From Phormidium sp. (GTDB lineage: Bacteria > Cyanobacteriota > Cyanobacteriia > Cyanobacteriales > Aerosakkonemataceae), in the NCBI GenBank assembly GCA_051013385.1, contig CP143273.1:1824001-1888000 (forward strand): DNA of 64,000 bases, in the 5' to 3' direction. This document shows, in pieces, positions 19,036-28,963 of this stretch (positions are counted from its first letter, which is position 1; the number at the start of each line of letters is the position of its first letter). A program made the position numbers and the translations under genes. A model generated the notes under the pieces. It worked only from the letters and a program-made list of their open reading frames with translations, did no database searches and had not been told where the DNA came from.

Positions 19036-20157
19036 CTACGAATTAGAGTCAGAATATACTGCCAGATCTGAATCAGGAAATTCCTGAGCAAATTTTTTCT
19101 TAATTTCTTCACACTTAATCAAAATTTGTTCAAATGCCTCTTCGCTCGATAAAGTTTTATTTGCTCTCTGCTTAGTGTTTCTATTATTCCTTTTTAATAT
19201 GAGACGAAACGCAAAATAAATAATAGCAATAATCAGCCCTGGTACTATTGTATATACCGAGAGTAGATTCATAGTACTGTATAAAGTCATAGTAATGAAA
19301 AATAAAAATCCAATCATAGCCCAATCCCATACTGTGACTTTGAAAGATTTTTGTTTTGCTCTACCACTTTGATTGCGTGGTTTACCTGTCAAAGCAAAAG
19401 CTAGACAAGCTTCTACATTAATCGGATCTGGTTTGACTGAACGCTTCTTCATCTTTCCATCCTGGAAAATAGCAAAATCACTCCCTAAAGAACTGACAGG
19501 AATCAAACGGATCTGACAATTTGCTCTTGTTCTGCGACCAACCACATCGTTAAAAAGCTCAACATCTTTCAGCAAGCGTTCTTTTATTTCTAGTAGAGAG
19601 TAGCGGCCTTGAAGTAAGTCCCATTTGCTAATCATAAAATTAACAGAAATATCCTTGTTGTCACATATATTGTTGATTGTTAGCATGAGGTTAGATAAGT
19701 GCTCACCCTTCCATCTGATCACATTCTTATTACTTAAATCTTTATCCTTCATAAACTCAAGCAGCTTCTGACCATCTAAGATAGCTAAAACTGAATCGGC
19801 TTCCTTAGCGTAGTCTGTGATATCATTCATAATACTGGATTTTTCTTGATCTTTTGAGATGTCTGTGTCTGTGAGGTGTCCACCTGCATAATCAATATAG
19901 GTGATTGTACAAGCTTTTAAGTCTTGAAAATAGCAAGTAAACTGCCATTCTGAAATACCTTGTGTTCCTGGAGGCCAGTCTTCTCCTATTGTTAAATCAG
20001 TATGTATCTTATTTAAGATTTTTTGCTTTTCAGGATCTTTAACTCTTAAAAAAAAGCCGAATTTTCCTTGTGTTGAAAATACATGAAAAAGACTGGCTAA
20101 AAATATACTTTTACCACACCCAGAAGGCCCCAACACAATAACACTGTAGTTATTCAT
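19036..20157 (-). CDS. TRAFAC-like GTPase with two C-terminal TM helices
   Basis: GPSGCGKS, WPPGT, DYAGG, ISKWD, PVSS. Confidence 0.8.
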   Translation of the reverse strand: MNNYSVIVLGPSGCGKSIFLASLFHVFSTQGKFGFFLRVKDPEKQKILNKIHTDLTIGEDWPPGTQGISEWQFTCYFQDLKACTITYIDYAGGHLTDTDISKDQEKSSIMNDITDYAKEADSVLAILDGQKLLEFMKDKDLSNKNVIRWKGEHLSNLMLTINNICDNKDISVNFMISKWDLLQGRYSLLEIKERLLKDVELFNDVVGRRTRANCQIRLIPVSSLGSDFAIFQDGKMKKRSVKPDPINVEACLAFALTGKPRNQSGRAKQKSFKVTVWDWAMIGFLFFITMTLYSTMNLLSVYTIVPGLIIAIIYFAFRLILKRNNRNTKQRANKTLSSEEAFEQILIKCEEIKKKFAQEFPDSDLAVYSDSNS

Positions 20158-20191
20158 TGCACACTCACTTCATTCACTAATTTATATAGAA

Positions 20192-21364
20192 TTAAACCAG
20201 TTTTGACTCTGGGAATGTCTCAAGTAATTTTTTGTTAAAAAGATAAAAATTTTTACTTGCGTGCAAAAGAGCAGATTTTTCATCCTTAACTTGTTTGAGA
20301 GTCTCTTCTATCTTCTTTTTATCTGCTTTTCTCATGTATTGTATGATTATTTTGACAACAGCAGAAGTTATTTGAGAGCCAACTTTAATAAATTTGAAGT
20401 AATCATCTAAATCATTATCATTATCATTATCATTATCATTATCATCTAATAACTTGTTAAATATTAGTTCTATTCCGCTTAAACCTAAAAAATAATTCAG
20501 AGGGCCAGTCAATACATCAACCAAAATATTGCTACTCTCTGAGTTCTGGTTTTTATTTTCAAGTTCTCTTTCCTCTGCTTCCTTTTGATTATATAATTGA
20601 TGTAATTTATCTGGCAAAATACAAGATATAGGGAATTCAACAAAAAAGGGTTTTGAACTTTTGCCAAGATTCTTTTTCATACTCCCATCTGATTGCATAG
20701 TGGCAAACTCCAAACCGACAGAACTAACTGGAATAATTCGGACAATAGAACTTGCTTGACGACGATTTACGAGTAATTCTGCAAAACTTGGAATACTTTT
20801 CAGTTTTTCACATATTTCAGATAGGCGAAACTTCTGATCGAGGATATCCCATTTAGTAATAACGAAATGAATTGGAACTGTCAGATTCTGCATCCGTTTA
20901 AGAATGCTTGGTAAATCTTCCTTTAAGAAGTTATCTGCTTGTAGCCGATCGCTACCATTGAGCCAAGCATAAATTTTTTGACCGTCCAACAATCCTAAGA
21001 CCGAATCAGCTTGCTGCACTAGTTTTTCAAATTCTGGATCTGGTTCTATCTCAGTATCAGTTAAACGGCCTCCTGCGTAGTCAAAGTAAGTGAATTGGCA
21101 AGCATCGTATGTTTTACCAAGATCTTGTGTCTCAACTTGACAAGTAAAAGTCCATTCGGAAACATCTGTTGTTCCAGGAGGCCACTTATCTCCAGTGAAT
21201 ATCTGCGTGTGAGTTGAGAGAAGCAATTTCTGCTTGTGTTGATCTTTAACAACAAGCTTAAAAGTAGAATTTTTTTGAGTTGATAGTTCATTAAACATAC
21301 TAGCAAGGAATACAGTTTTTCCTGCACCCGATGCTCCTAATGCCATTATTTTGAAGTTTTTCAT
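20192..21364 (-). CDS. TRAFAC-like GTPase (paralog of 19036..20157)
   Basis: GASGAGKT, WPPGT, DYAGG, ITKWD, PVSS. Confidence 0.8.
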   Translation of the reverse strand: MKNFKIMALGASGAGKTVFLASMFNELSTQKNSTFKLVVKDQHKQKLLLSTHTQIFTGDKWPPGTTDVSEWTFTCQVETQDLGKTYDACQFTYFDYAGGRLTDTEIEPDPEFEKLVQQADSVLGLLDGQKIYAWLNGSDRLQADNFLKEDLPSILKRMQNLTVPIHFVITKWDILDQKFRLSEICEKLKSIPSFAELLVNRRQASSIVRIIPVSSVGLEFATMQSDGSMKKNLGKSSKPFFVEFPISCILPDKLHQLYNQKEAEERELENKNQNSESSNILVDVLTGPLNYFLGLSGIELIFNKLLDDNDNDNDNDNDLDDYFKFIKVGSQITSAVVKIIIQYMRKADKKKIEETLKQVKDEKSALLHASKNFYLFNKKLLETFPESKLV

Positions 21365-21716
21365 GACTGAATTTTCCGAGATATATATATCTCTCTGGTT
21401 AAATTAATTGTTGGAACCAACCTAACACAGCTAATAAAATCGTCAATGATTTTATCCAAGTCTTAACAATCTGTTACATCCACAGGTAAGCATATTCTGA
21501 AAGCTTTACGATACAAGCACTCGGTTATACCATTTCACAAAAGCCTGATACAGGCTATCTCATACTTGTGGTGATAACGCAGGCTGATAATCTAGCTGCA
21601 TCAAACTTTTCAGCGTTCATGGTCTATAAAGTGTATTATTTGCTACTTTTAACAGGAAACATCCGGGAGAGCCTAGATCTAACTAAAATATATTTGCATT
21701 GCTACAAAAGTAAAAT

Positions 21717-22163
21717 ATGCCAACTCTACAAGATTGGGAATGGTTAGCGGCGAGTTCGGAATATCAAACTGCTGTCTTGGTTCAGCAACTTTTAGCAGAG
21801 GGAAACTTGATGGAAGCAAATCAGGGACTCTACACATTAATCGAATCAATGGGAAAATCTAAAAAGTTGGCAACGATCGGTCAGTTAACTAGATTGATGA
21901 CTCATGTCATTAAATGGAAATGTCAACCAGAAATGCGGAGTTCTAGTTGGAGTATTACCATTCGTTCGGCGCGTTTGGAAATTGCCGATATTCAAGAAGA
22001 AGTTCCGAGTTTGAATCGTAATTATATAGAGTCTATTTGGCAGAAATGCTTAAAAAGGGCAATCAAAGATGCCGAAGATGAAATGGGTAAACGCTGCGAA
22101 TTAACTTCTCTTTCTTGGGAAGAGGTGTTTGAGGAAGAATACACATTTTTTAAAGCAAATTGA
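21717..22163 (+). CDS. DUF29 family protein
   Basis: LIESMG, HVIKWKCQPE, SSSW, PSLN. Confidence 0.85.
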   Translation: MPTLQDWEWLAASSEYQTAVLVQQLLAEGNLMEANQGLYTLIESMGKSKKLATIGQLTRLMTHVIKWKCQPEMRSSSWSITIRSARLEIADIQEEVPSLNRNYIESIWQKCLKRAIKDAEDEMGKRCELTSLSWEEVFEEEYTFFKAN

Positions 22164-22319
22164 GTCATTTGTGAGATGGAAAATTGCCTCGAAAAATTTT
22201 ATCTTTTTGCCTCTTGCTATTAGTTGATTTTTTTGCTAAAATAGAACCTAAAATGGGAAAGGTGCGCCCATATAACCCCCTTAGAAAAGTGAAATGCCCT
22301 CTACACAAGCATTTCAGAG

Positions 22320-23048
22320 TTAGCGAAGGAAAGTTCCCAAGGTTTCCCGCTGCATTTCCAAGAGGTCACGAATGCCTTTTTCGGCGAAATCGAGTAATTG
22401 ATTTAGTTGAGTACGGCTGAAAAACCCATGTTCAGCGGTTCCTTGAAGTTCAATCATCGAAAGGTTTTCATTCATTACCACGTTAAAATCAACCTCAGCG
22501 GCGACATCTTCGGGGTAGTTGAGGTCGAGGAAAGGTTCACCTTGGAGGAGTCCGACGGAGATAGCGGCGACTTGGTGAACAATTGGCGATCGCTCCAGCT
22601 TACCTTCACTTAGTAATTTTGCGATCGCATCCGCCAAAGCCACAAAACCCCCAGTAATCGCCGTCGTTCGCGTACCAGCATCCGCCTGCAAAACATCAGC
22701 ATCAACCACAATTGTTCGCTCACCCAAAGCATTCAAATCCAAAGCCGCCCTTAAAGAACGACCAATTAACCTTTGAATTTCTTGCGTTCGACCCGAAAGT
22801 TTCAAAAATTCCCGTTCTTGACGTTGGGGAGTTGCACCCGGAAGCATTCGATATTCCGCAGTTAACCAACCCTGACCCTTACCTTCCAAAAACTTAGGTA
22901 CACTTTCTTGCACGCTTACAGTACAAAGAACCTGCGTATCCCCGCAGTGAGTCAACACCGAACCGGAAGCGAAACGAGTAAAATTATGTTCAAACCGAAT
23001 CGGGCGTAATTGATAAGGTTCTCTACCATCAGGACGTTGCCAAGACAT
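22320..23048 (-). CDS. rph: Ribonuclease PH
   Basis: [34 protein letters not shown]. Confidence 0.97.
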   Translation of the reverse strand: MSWQRPDGREPYQLRPIRFEHNFTRFASGSVLTHCGDTQVLCTVSVQESVPKFLEGKGQGWLTAEYRMLPGATPQRQEREFLKLSGRTQEIQRLIGRSLRAALDLNALGERTIVVDADVLQADAGTRTTAITGGFVALADAIAKLLSEGKLERSPIVHQVAAISVGLLQGEPFLDLNYPEDVAAEVDFNVVMNENLSMIELQGTAEHGFFSRTQLNQLLDFAEKGIRDLLEMQRETLGTFLR

Positions 23049-23070
23049 CGCACTTGCCTCAAAATTCTAA

Positions 23071-23634
23071 CTAGGATACAGCAGTTTGACTAATTCTTTT
23101 TAATATACTTTGCTGCACTTGTTCGGGAGTTTGGACACCATCGATCAATAACAGCCTTTCGCGATAACCGTAATAATCCAAAATCGGAATCGTTCGTTCT
23201 TGGAATAATTGAATTCGCCTCTGGATAATTTCTGGTTGGTCGTCACTAAGTCCCCGCTTTAAACAACGAACTTCTAAAACAGACTGGGGTGCATCTAACC
23301 AAATTGCCCAATTCAGCTGTTGTCCCAAATCAGTTAACAGAAAATCTAACTCTTCTGCTTGAAAAGCCGTGCGCGGATAACCATCAAGTACCCATCCCTT
23401 AGCAACATCAGATAATAACAGTCTTTGGCGCATAAATTCAATCATAATCTGATCGGGTACGAGTTCGCCCTTTTCCACAAAAGCTTGCGCTTGCTTACCT
23501 AACTTCGTTCCATTAATTATCGCATCTCGCAAAATATCCCCAGTAGAAATCCAAGGAATAGATAAATGAGAAGATAGTCTTTGCGCTTGGGTTCTTTTCC
23601 CCGCACCTGCACCCCCTAAAATTATTAATCTCAC
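23071..23634 (-). CDS. adk: Adenylate kinase family protein
   Basis: GGAGAGK, ISTGDILR, GELVPD, LDGYPR; GTG start at 23634 preferred. Confidence 0.85.
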   Translation of the reverse strand: MRLIILGGAGAGKRTQAQRLSSHLSIPWISTGDILRDAIINGTKLGKQAQAFVEKGELVPDQIMIEFMRQRLLLSDVAKGWVLDGYPRTAFQAEELDFLLTDLGQQLNWAIWLDAPQSVLEVRCLKRGLSDDQPEIIQRRIQLFQERTIPILDYYGYRERLLLIDGVQTPEQVQQSILKRISQTAVS

Positions 23635-23879
23635 AACACAACTTCTCCCCAAAACTGGCATAAAAAAATCGACATCAGCTTAACATCTAATTTACTCTGG
23701 GATTTTACTACTAATGATAGATGTCTAGTTAAGCTGTAGCTGTAGGGTGCGTCAGAACCAAAAATTTTGCAAGTAATCAGTAAATTCAACCTTCTGACGC
23801 ACCCTACGACTTGACTCATGATAGATGCTTAATTATTGCCAAAGGTTAAGAATTTCCCGGAAATTTTAGTATTGACTTA

Positions 23880-23937
23880 ATTATATATATAGTGTTTTAT
23901 TATGGATACTTAGCAAAAAATACACTATATTTTGTAA
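23880..23937. promoter_or_regulatory. Tandem NrdR-box-like sites
   Basis: ATTATATATATAGTGT (23880-23895) and ACACTATATTTTGTAA (23922-23937) each match acaCwAtATaTwGtgt at 13/16; starts 42 bp apart. Confidence 0.55.
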
Positions 23938-24005
23938 GGTAGACCAAAAGGCGGCGCTAAATAAATAGTGCGGTCTGCTGGTTGCTGAACATCAATTATT
24001 GACTT

Positions 24006-24566
24006 ATGGTAGCCCAGATAGAAACCCCAACTGTTAATTCTGTTCGTCAAAGTTACGACACTACACAGCGCGACATATTACCGGAAATTGAAGGATTGGT
24101 ACAAGTTTTTACCTCTTCCCATCGCAATTTCTTCACCAGTGTCATGGCGCAAGCATTAAGAATCGCCGGACAAGGAACACCTGTCTTGGTAGTACAATTC
24201 CTCAAGGGAGGAATCAATCAGGGGTATCAACATCCGGTTCGTTTAGGACAAAATTTAGATTGGGTGCGTTGCGATTTACCACGCTGCATTCATACGCCAC
24301 AATTAGATGAAGTAGAGATGAATTCTTTGCGGGATTTGTGGAAACACACTCAAAAAGTTGTGATCGAAGGGAAATATAATTTGGTAGTGTTGGATGAGTT
24401 AAGTTTAGCGGTGAATTTTGGTTTAATTCCCGAAAAGGAAGTATTGGAATTTATTGCTAAACGTCCCCATCATGTCGATATTATTATGACAGGCCCAGAA
24501 ATGCCAGCAGCAATTTTGGATGTGGCAGATCAAATTACCGAAATTCGCCGCAGTCATCGTCCTTAG
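24006..24566 (+). CDS. CobO/BtuR-like cob(I)alamin adenosyltransferase family protein
   Basis: VVQFLKGG, VVLDEL, DIIMTG, ADQITE; P-loop degenerate. Confidence 0.8.
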   Translation: MVAQIETPTVNSVRQSYDTTQRDILPEIEGLVQVFTSSHRNFFTSVMAQALRIAGQGTPVLVVQFLKGGINQGYQHPVRLGQNLDWVRCDLPRCIHTPQLDEVEMNSLRDLWKHTQKVVIEGKYNLVVLDELSLAVNFGLIPEKEVLEFIAKRPHHVDIIMTGPEMPAAILDVADQITEIRRSHRP

Positions 24567-24671
24567 TTAGCGCACGGGAGAATTTTTAAACGCAGATGAA
24601 TGCAGATAAACGCAGATGAACGCAGATGGGATTTGGATAATCATCTATGTTTACCTGTGTTTTTTCTTGTT

Positions 24672-26285
24672 TCATCTTTGGGAAACAGCTAAGGATTTGG
24701 TTTTTTCTACTAAGTTAATGAACTCGGCGCGATAACCAGCTAAGTCTACATCTTTCGACTGACGCGCTAATTCTAAAACTTGGTCGAAGTTTGCAACACC
24801 CTTGAATTCGGAATCTCTTAAAATCATCCCAAATTCTGCTACTGCTGACGCAAATTTTAAGTTATTTGAGGCGTTGGTAAATGAGACATTTTGCTCGATT
24901 AATGGTTGAGTAATTAATTGAGAAGTTGCGTCTTTGGGTGCTTTGTAACGCAGTTTCACCAACATTAACTCGTTATTTTTATAAGCTTGGGAATCAACTT
25001 GATTTTGTTGGTAGCGCAAAGAATCAACTGGGGGTAGTTTTACATCACTTTTCACGCCTACAGGAATTATTTCATAAAGTGCTGTTACCGAATGTCCTGC
25101 GCCTAATTCTCCGGCATCTTTTTTGTCGTTGTTAAAATCTTCTGCTTGTAACATCCGATTTTCGTAACCGATTAATCGATAAGCTTGCACTTTGGTTGGA
25201 TTAAATTCTACCTGAATTTTCACGTCTTTGGCAATAGTGAAAATTGTTCCACCCATTTGGGTAATTAATACTTTCTTTGCTTCTTGGAGATTGTCGATAT
25301 AAGCATAATTGCCGTTACCTTTATCCGCGAGTTGTTCCATTTTAGCATCTTTCAAGTTTCCCATCCCAAACCCAAGAACGGTAAGGAAAACTCCCTGATT
25401 TCGGTAATTTTCTATTAATTGAACTAATTCCCCATCGCTGGAAACACCGACATTAAAATCTCCATCGGTTGCAAGAATGATTCGGTTGTTTCCTGATGGG
25501 AGAAAGTTCTTTTTAGCTATTTCGTAAGCAAGTTTAATTCCTTCTCCGCCAGCAGTGGAACCTCCTGCTTGTAATTTATAAATTGCGGAGATAATCTTGT
25601 TTTTTTCGTTTCCGGGAGTTGGCGGCAAAACTAACCCGGCGTTTCCGGCATAAACTACGATTGAAACTGTATCTTTGGCGGTTAATTGATTGGTTAATAA
25701 ACGAAAACTTGTTTGTAAAAGTGGGAGTTTATTCGGAGCTTCCATTGATCCAGAAACATCGATTAAGAATACCAGATTGCTGGGGGGTATGTTTTCTGAG
25801 GCGATGGGTTTTCCTTGTAATCCAATTTGGACTAGTTTATGTTTGGGATTCCAAGGTGTTTGGGAAATTTCGGTGGAAATGGTGAAAGGTCGATCGCCAT
25901 TTGGTTGCGGATAATCATAACTAAAATAATTGATCATCTCTTCAATTCGTACCGCATCTTTAGGTGGCATTTGTCCTTCATTAATAAATCTTCTCACATT
26001 ACTATAAGATGCTGTGTCAACATCAATAGAAAATGTCGATAATGGCTGATTTTTGACAGTGACAAATTGATTATCTTCAATCCGGTTATATTGTTCTGTG
26101 TTAGGTGTAGGTTGAACTGCATTATCAGCACTACGAGTTATTGCTGTAGGTGCAGCTGGTGCTGCGGCTGGTGCTTGTTTAGCTTTATTTGCTTCTCCGC
26201 AAGCAGTTAAAATTAACAAAGGGAAGCAACAGAATAATAATTTTACTTGCCAATGTTGGCGATGGTTAGTTACTTTTTTGTTCAT
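24672..26285 (-). CDS. YfbK-like vWA domain lipoprotein (DUF3520)
   Basis: Lipobox LTAC, STFSIDVDTASY, DVSGS MIDAS, TDGDFNVG, YRLIGYENR. Confidence 0.92.
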   Translation of the reverse strand: MNKKVTNHRQHWQVKLLFCCFPLLILTACGEANKAKQAPAAAPAAPTAITRSADNAVQPTPNTEQYNRIEDNQFVTVKNQPLSTFSIDVDTASYSNVRRFINEGQMPPKDAVRIEEMINYFSYDYPQPNGDRPFTISTEISQTPWNPKHKLVQIGLQGKPIASENIPPSNLVFLIDVSGSMEAPNKLPLLQTSFRLLTNQLTAKDTVSIVVYAGNAGLVLPPTPGNEKNKIISAIYKLQAGGSTAGGEGIKLAYEIAKKNFLPSGNNRIILATDGDFNVGVSSDGELVQLIENYRNQGVFLTVLGFGMGNLKDAKMEQLADKGNGNYAYIDNLQEAKKVLITQMGGTIFTIAKDVKIQVEFNPTKVQAYRLIGYENRMLQAEDFNNDKKDAGELGAGHSVTALYEIIPVGVKSDVKLPPVDSLRYQQNQVDSQAYKNNELMLVKLRYKAPKDATSQLITQPLIEQNVSFTNASNNLKFASAVAEFGMILRDSEFKGVANFDQVLELARQSKDVDLAGYRAEFINLVEKTKSLAVSQR

Positions 26286-26399
26286 AATTGCAGATTCTTT
26301 CCCTATTCTCTAAGTGTCTCTTAGGAATTAATCTATAAGACAACTACAATGCTAACCTCGCCAAATCTGCAATTACTAGTTTTTAACCTTTCGTTACTG

Positions 26400-26930
26400 T
26401 CAACGTTTAATCGAAATCGGATTTAATAGGAAATTAGCCGCTTTTTGGGCTGTTGCTTCAGAAATGTGAATTTGTTTTAAGGTTACTAAACCATCTTTAA
26501 TAAAAGAATCTCTGACAATAGCGTTATTACCACTATTAAAAGTGGTTTCGTAAAAAACTTCGTGAATTCCCGCAGAAATTATTAATTTTAAGCAGGAAAG
26601 GCAGGGTTCTAAGGTAATATAAATAGTAGCGCCTTCTGTGGAAATGCCATGTTTGGCAGCTTGTGCGATCGCATTTGCCTCAGCATGAACCGCACGGGAA
26701 GGTAAAGTACTACTAGCATCACAACTTTCCAACCCAGGATAACAAAAACCTTGGCTAATACAATGAGCAGTTCCCGAAGGTGAACCGTTATAACCTGTCG
26801 CCACAACTTGTTTATCTTTAACAATTACTGCACCTACGGGAAAAGCTAAACAAGTAGATCTAGTAGCAGCTAATTTTGCCAACATCATGAAATATTCGTC
26901 CCATGTTGGTCTGGGTGAAGTTTCGTACAT
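26400..26930 (-). CDS. dCMP deaminase
   Basis: RSTC, TGYNG, HAEANA, PCLSC. Confidence 0.92.
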   Translation of the reverse strand: MYETSPRPTWDEYFMMLAKLAATRSTCLAFPVGAVIVKDKQVVATGYNGSPSGTAHCISQGFCYPGLESCDASSTLPSRAVHAEANAIAQAAKHGISTEGATIYITLEPCLSCLKLIISAGIHEVFYETTFNSGNNAIVRDSFIKDGLVTLKQIHISEATAQKAANFLLNPISIKR

Positions 26931-28420
26931 TATCGATCCTGAATGTATGGTTTACCTGTTTTTAAACACTCCCACGCCTTCTGCAATTCTATTCCTAAAT
27001 AAGCAGAATGTTCTGACAAAATTGCTGGGGAAGCAGCGCAAATTTCCCTAATAAGGTTTAGTGGTTTTTTGCCACTATAACAAGTAACTACTTCACCACT
27101 ACCAGGAGTCATTTGCGTGACGACTATCTCATCGTTTCTGGTTTCAATTAAAAAGTTTCCTGCTGGATCGTAATAGTCTCGTTGCTGACAAATTGCGGCA
27201 TATTGTTGTTCAATTAGGCGATCGGCATTTTCCCATGTATCATCATAAATATGCGCCGACTGACTAATAGTAATTAACGGCCCCATTTTTAAATCATAAT
27301 CAGAACGTTTGGCAATTTCGTCCCTAATATGTTTTTGCAATGCCCTTAAACCCATTGCATTTGCGGGCCATGCCATGTACATATCATTACTACGAAGAGT
27401 CGCCGTTAAAGATAATTCATTTTCCACAACTCTCACCCAAAGATGATTTAAACAAGGACTCCCGCCTTTATCATGATCTTGCACATCCCAAAGGGACATT
27501 ACTGCACTCGCTGCATCAATTTCTCCTATTAACTTGTTAATTACTTGTTCAATTTGATCTTTGCCAAACCAAGACCTTAAGCGTTGTCCGTAAGTGTATT
27601 TAACTCCTTCTCTGTAAGGCGAATCATCTAAAATTTGGGAAATGTATTCTTCTAAGAAAGTTCTATCAATTGGTAAGTAGTTCGGTTCGGGGAAATAGAA
27701 GTTTTCTGGTTCATCAGTGACAACTGCCATTAAATCAATTAATTCTTGCCATTTGCCATCGTAACCAGTGGGTCTAATTGTTCCAGTTGTCTTAATTCGG
27801 TGGATAATTTTTACCCAAGTTTCGGCAATTGTTTTGCCTTCGATACGATGTCCGTAACGATGTCCTGGTAAGACGGTTGGGGTGACTTCGACTTCGGGAA
27901 AAATTAACGGTTCTCCCCAAGGTTCTAAAATTTCTTTGGTTGAATATGAGTTGACTAAATCTACTGCTTCGCTAATTGATTTTGCTTCTTGAACTTCAAT
28001 ACTTTGCCGCAATAGTTCTAAAGCTTGGGCGGAAATTTCTATATCGATGTAACCTGTGATTGGAGATTTAATTACCCAACAATCTCGCCCGGTGTCGCTT
28101 TTCCCTTCGGTAAATCCATGAGTAAAAAAGTCTAATAAACATTGACAACCACCTGCGTTTTTATCTTCTTTAGTGGCGTTTAAAATTACTAATCTCCTGA
28201 CGTGAGGATTAGCTAATAAATTACGAATTAAAAAGGAAATTCCCCTGGTTGGACTGTATAAATTACCAATGACAGCGTAATTATCAGGTGACAAATGTTT
28301 AGCAATTGTTTGTCTGACACTCCAACCTGTAACTATGGCGGTTTGTCCTGTGCCACAAATTAACTGATTGGGTTTGTAAAGTGCATTATATTTAATTTGA
28401 ATGGCTGAGTTATTAATCAT
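26930..28420 (-). CDS. Thymidylate synthase-like protein (archaeal type) fused to MtrA-like N-terminus and DUF4346 C-terminus
   Basis: YTYGQRLR, SPCL, RSND, PAN, SAHIY; N-terminal IRNLLANPHVR; C-terminal DPAGNF and EHSAYLGIELQKA. Confidence 0.85.
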   Translation of the reverse strand: MINNSAIQIKYNALYKPNQLICGTGQTAIVTGWSVRQTIAKHLSPDNYAVIGNLYSPTRGISFLIRNLLANPHVRRLVILNATKEDKNAGGCQCLLDFFTHGFTEGKSDTGRDCWVIKSPITGYIDIEISAQALELLRQSIEVQEAKSISEAVDLVNSYSTKEILEPWGEPLIFPEVEVTPTVLPGHRYGHRIEGKTIAETWVKIIHRIKTTGTIRPTGYDGKWQELIDLMAVVTDEPENFYFPEPNYLPIDRTFLEEYISQILDDSPYREGVKYTYGQRLRSWFGKDQIEQVINKLIGEIDAASAVMSLWDVQDHDKGGSPCLNHLWVRVVENELSLTATLRSNDMYMAWPANAMGLRALQKHIRDEIAKRSDYDLKMGPLITISQSAHIYDDTWENADRLIEQQYAAICQQRDYYDPAGNFLIETRNDEIVVTQMTPGSGEVVTCYSGKKPLNLIREICAASPAILSEHSAYLGIELQKAWECLKTGKPYIQDR

Positions 28421-28480
28421 AAATTTAGCGATCGCACAATGCTAAATCATATCAAATAATCAATATTTTTAGGTTAAGCA

Positions 28481-28948
28481 TTAACGCTTTTGCTTCACCA
28501 ACAACAGACAATTTCGCCCATCTTCGCTACGGTCATAAGATACGCGATCGGTCAAGCGGCGAATTAACGACCAACCAAAACCACCTTCTTGGAGTGACCC
28601 TAGTTCTGGTTCTGGTAAGGTATTCGGATCGAAAGGTTCACCTCGATCCCAAATCCGAATTTCTATGCGATCGTCCCAGATAGTAAATTGAATTTCGATC
28701 GGGGTATCTGGCGGTAATTTTTCGTGGGCGTGGCGTACTACATTGGTAAACCCTTCATCTAAGGCTAATTTTATCTCATCTAAAGGTAGGTATTGGCGAT
28801 CGCTTTTACGTACTAACCAGGAAAGCTTTGATTGATTACGAAAACATAATTCATCAAACCATGATAATACCTGGTTAAGGAAAGCGATATCACTTTTAAC
28901 AGTTAAATTCTCTTTAAAAAATATCCCTTGGCCTTTCCACCACTTCAT
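28481..28948 (-). CDS. RsbW-like anti-sigma factor/HATPase
   Basis: EGFTNVVRHAH, IWDRGEPFDP, EGGFG. Confidence 0.9.
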   Translation of the reverse strand: MKWWKGQGIFFKENLTVKSDIAFLNQVLSWFDELCFRNQSKLSWLVRKSDRQYLPLDEIKLALDEGFTNVVRHAHEKLPPDTPIEIQFTIWDDRIEIRIWDRGEPFDPNTLPEPELGSLQEGGFGWSLIRRLTDRVSYDRSEDGRNCLLLVKQKR

Positions 28949-28963
28949 AAGAAGTACCTAAAT

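Noticed and set aside
21365..21716. Possible ncRNA or MITE remnant upstream of the GTPase operon
   Set aside because: No convincing paired TIRs or stable structure could be established by eye
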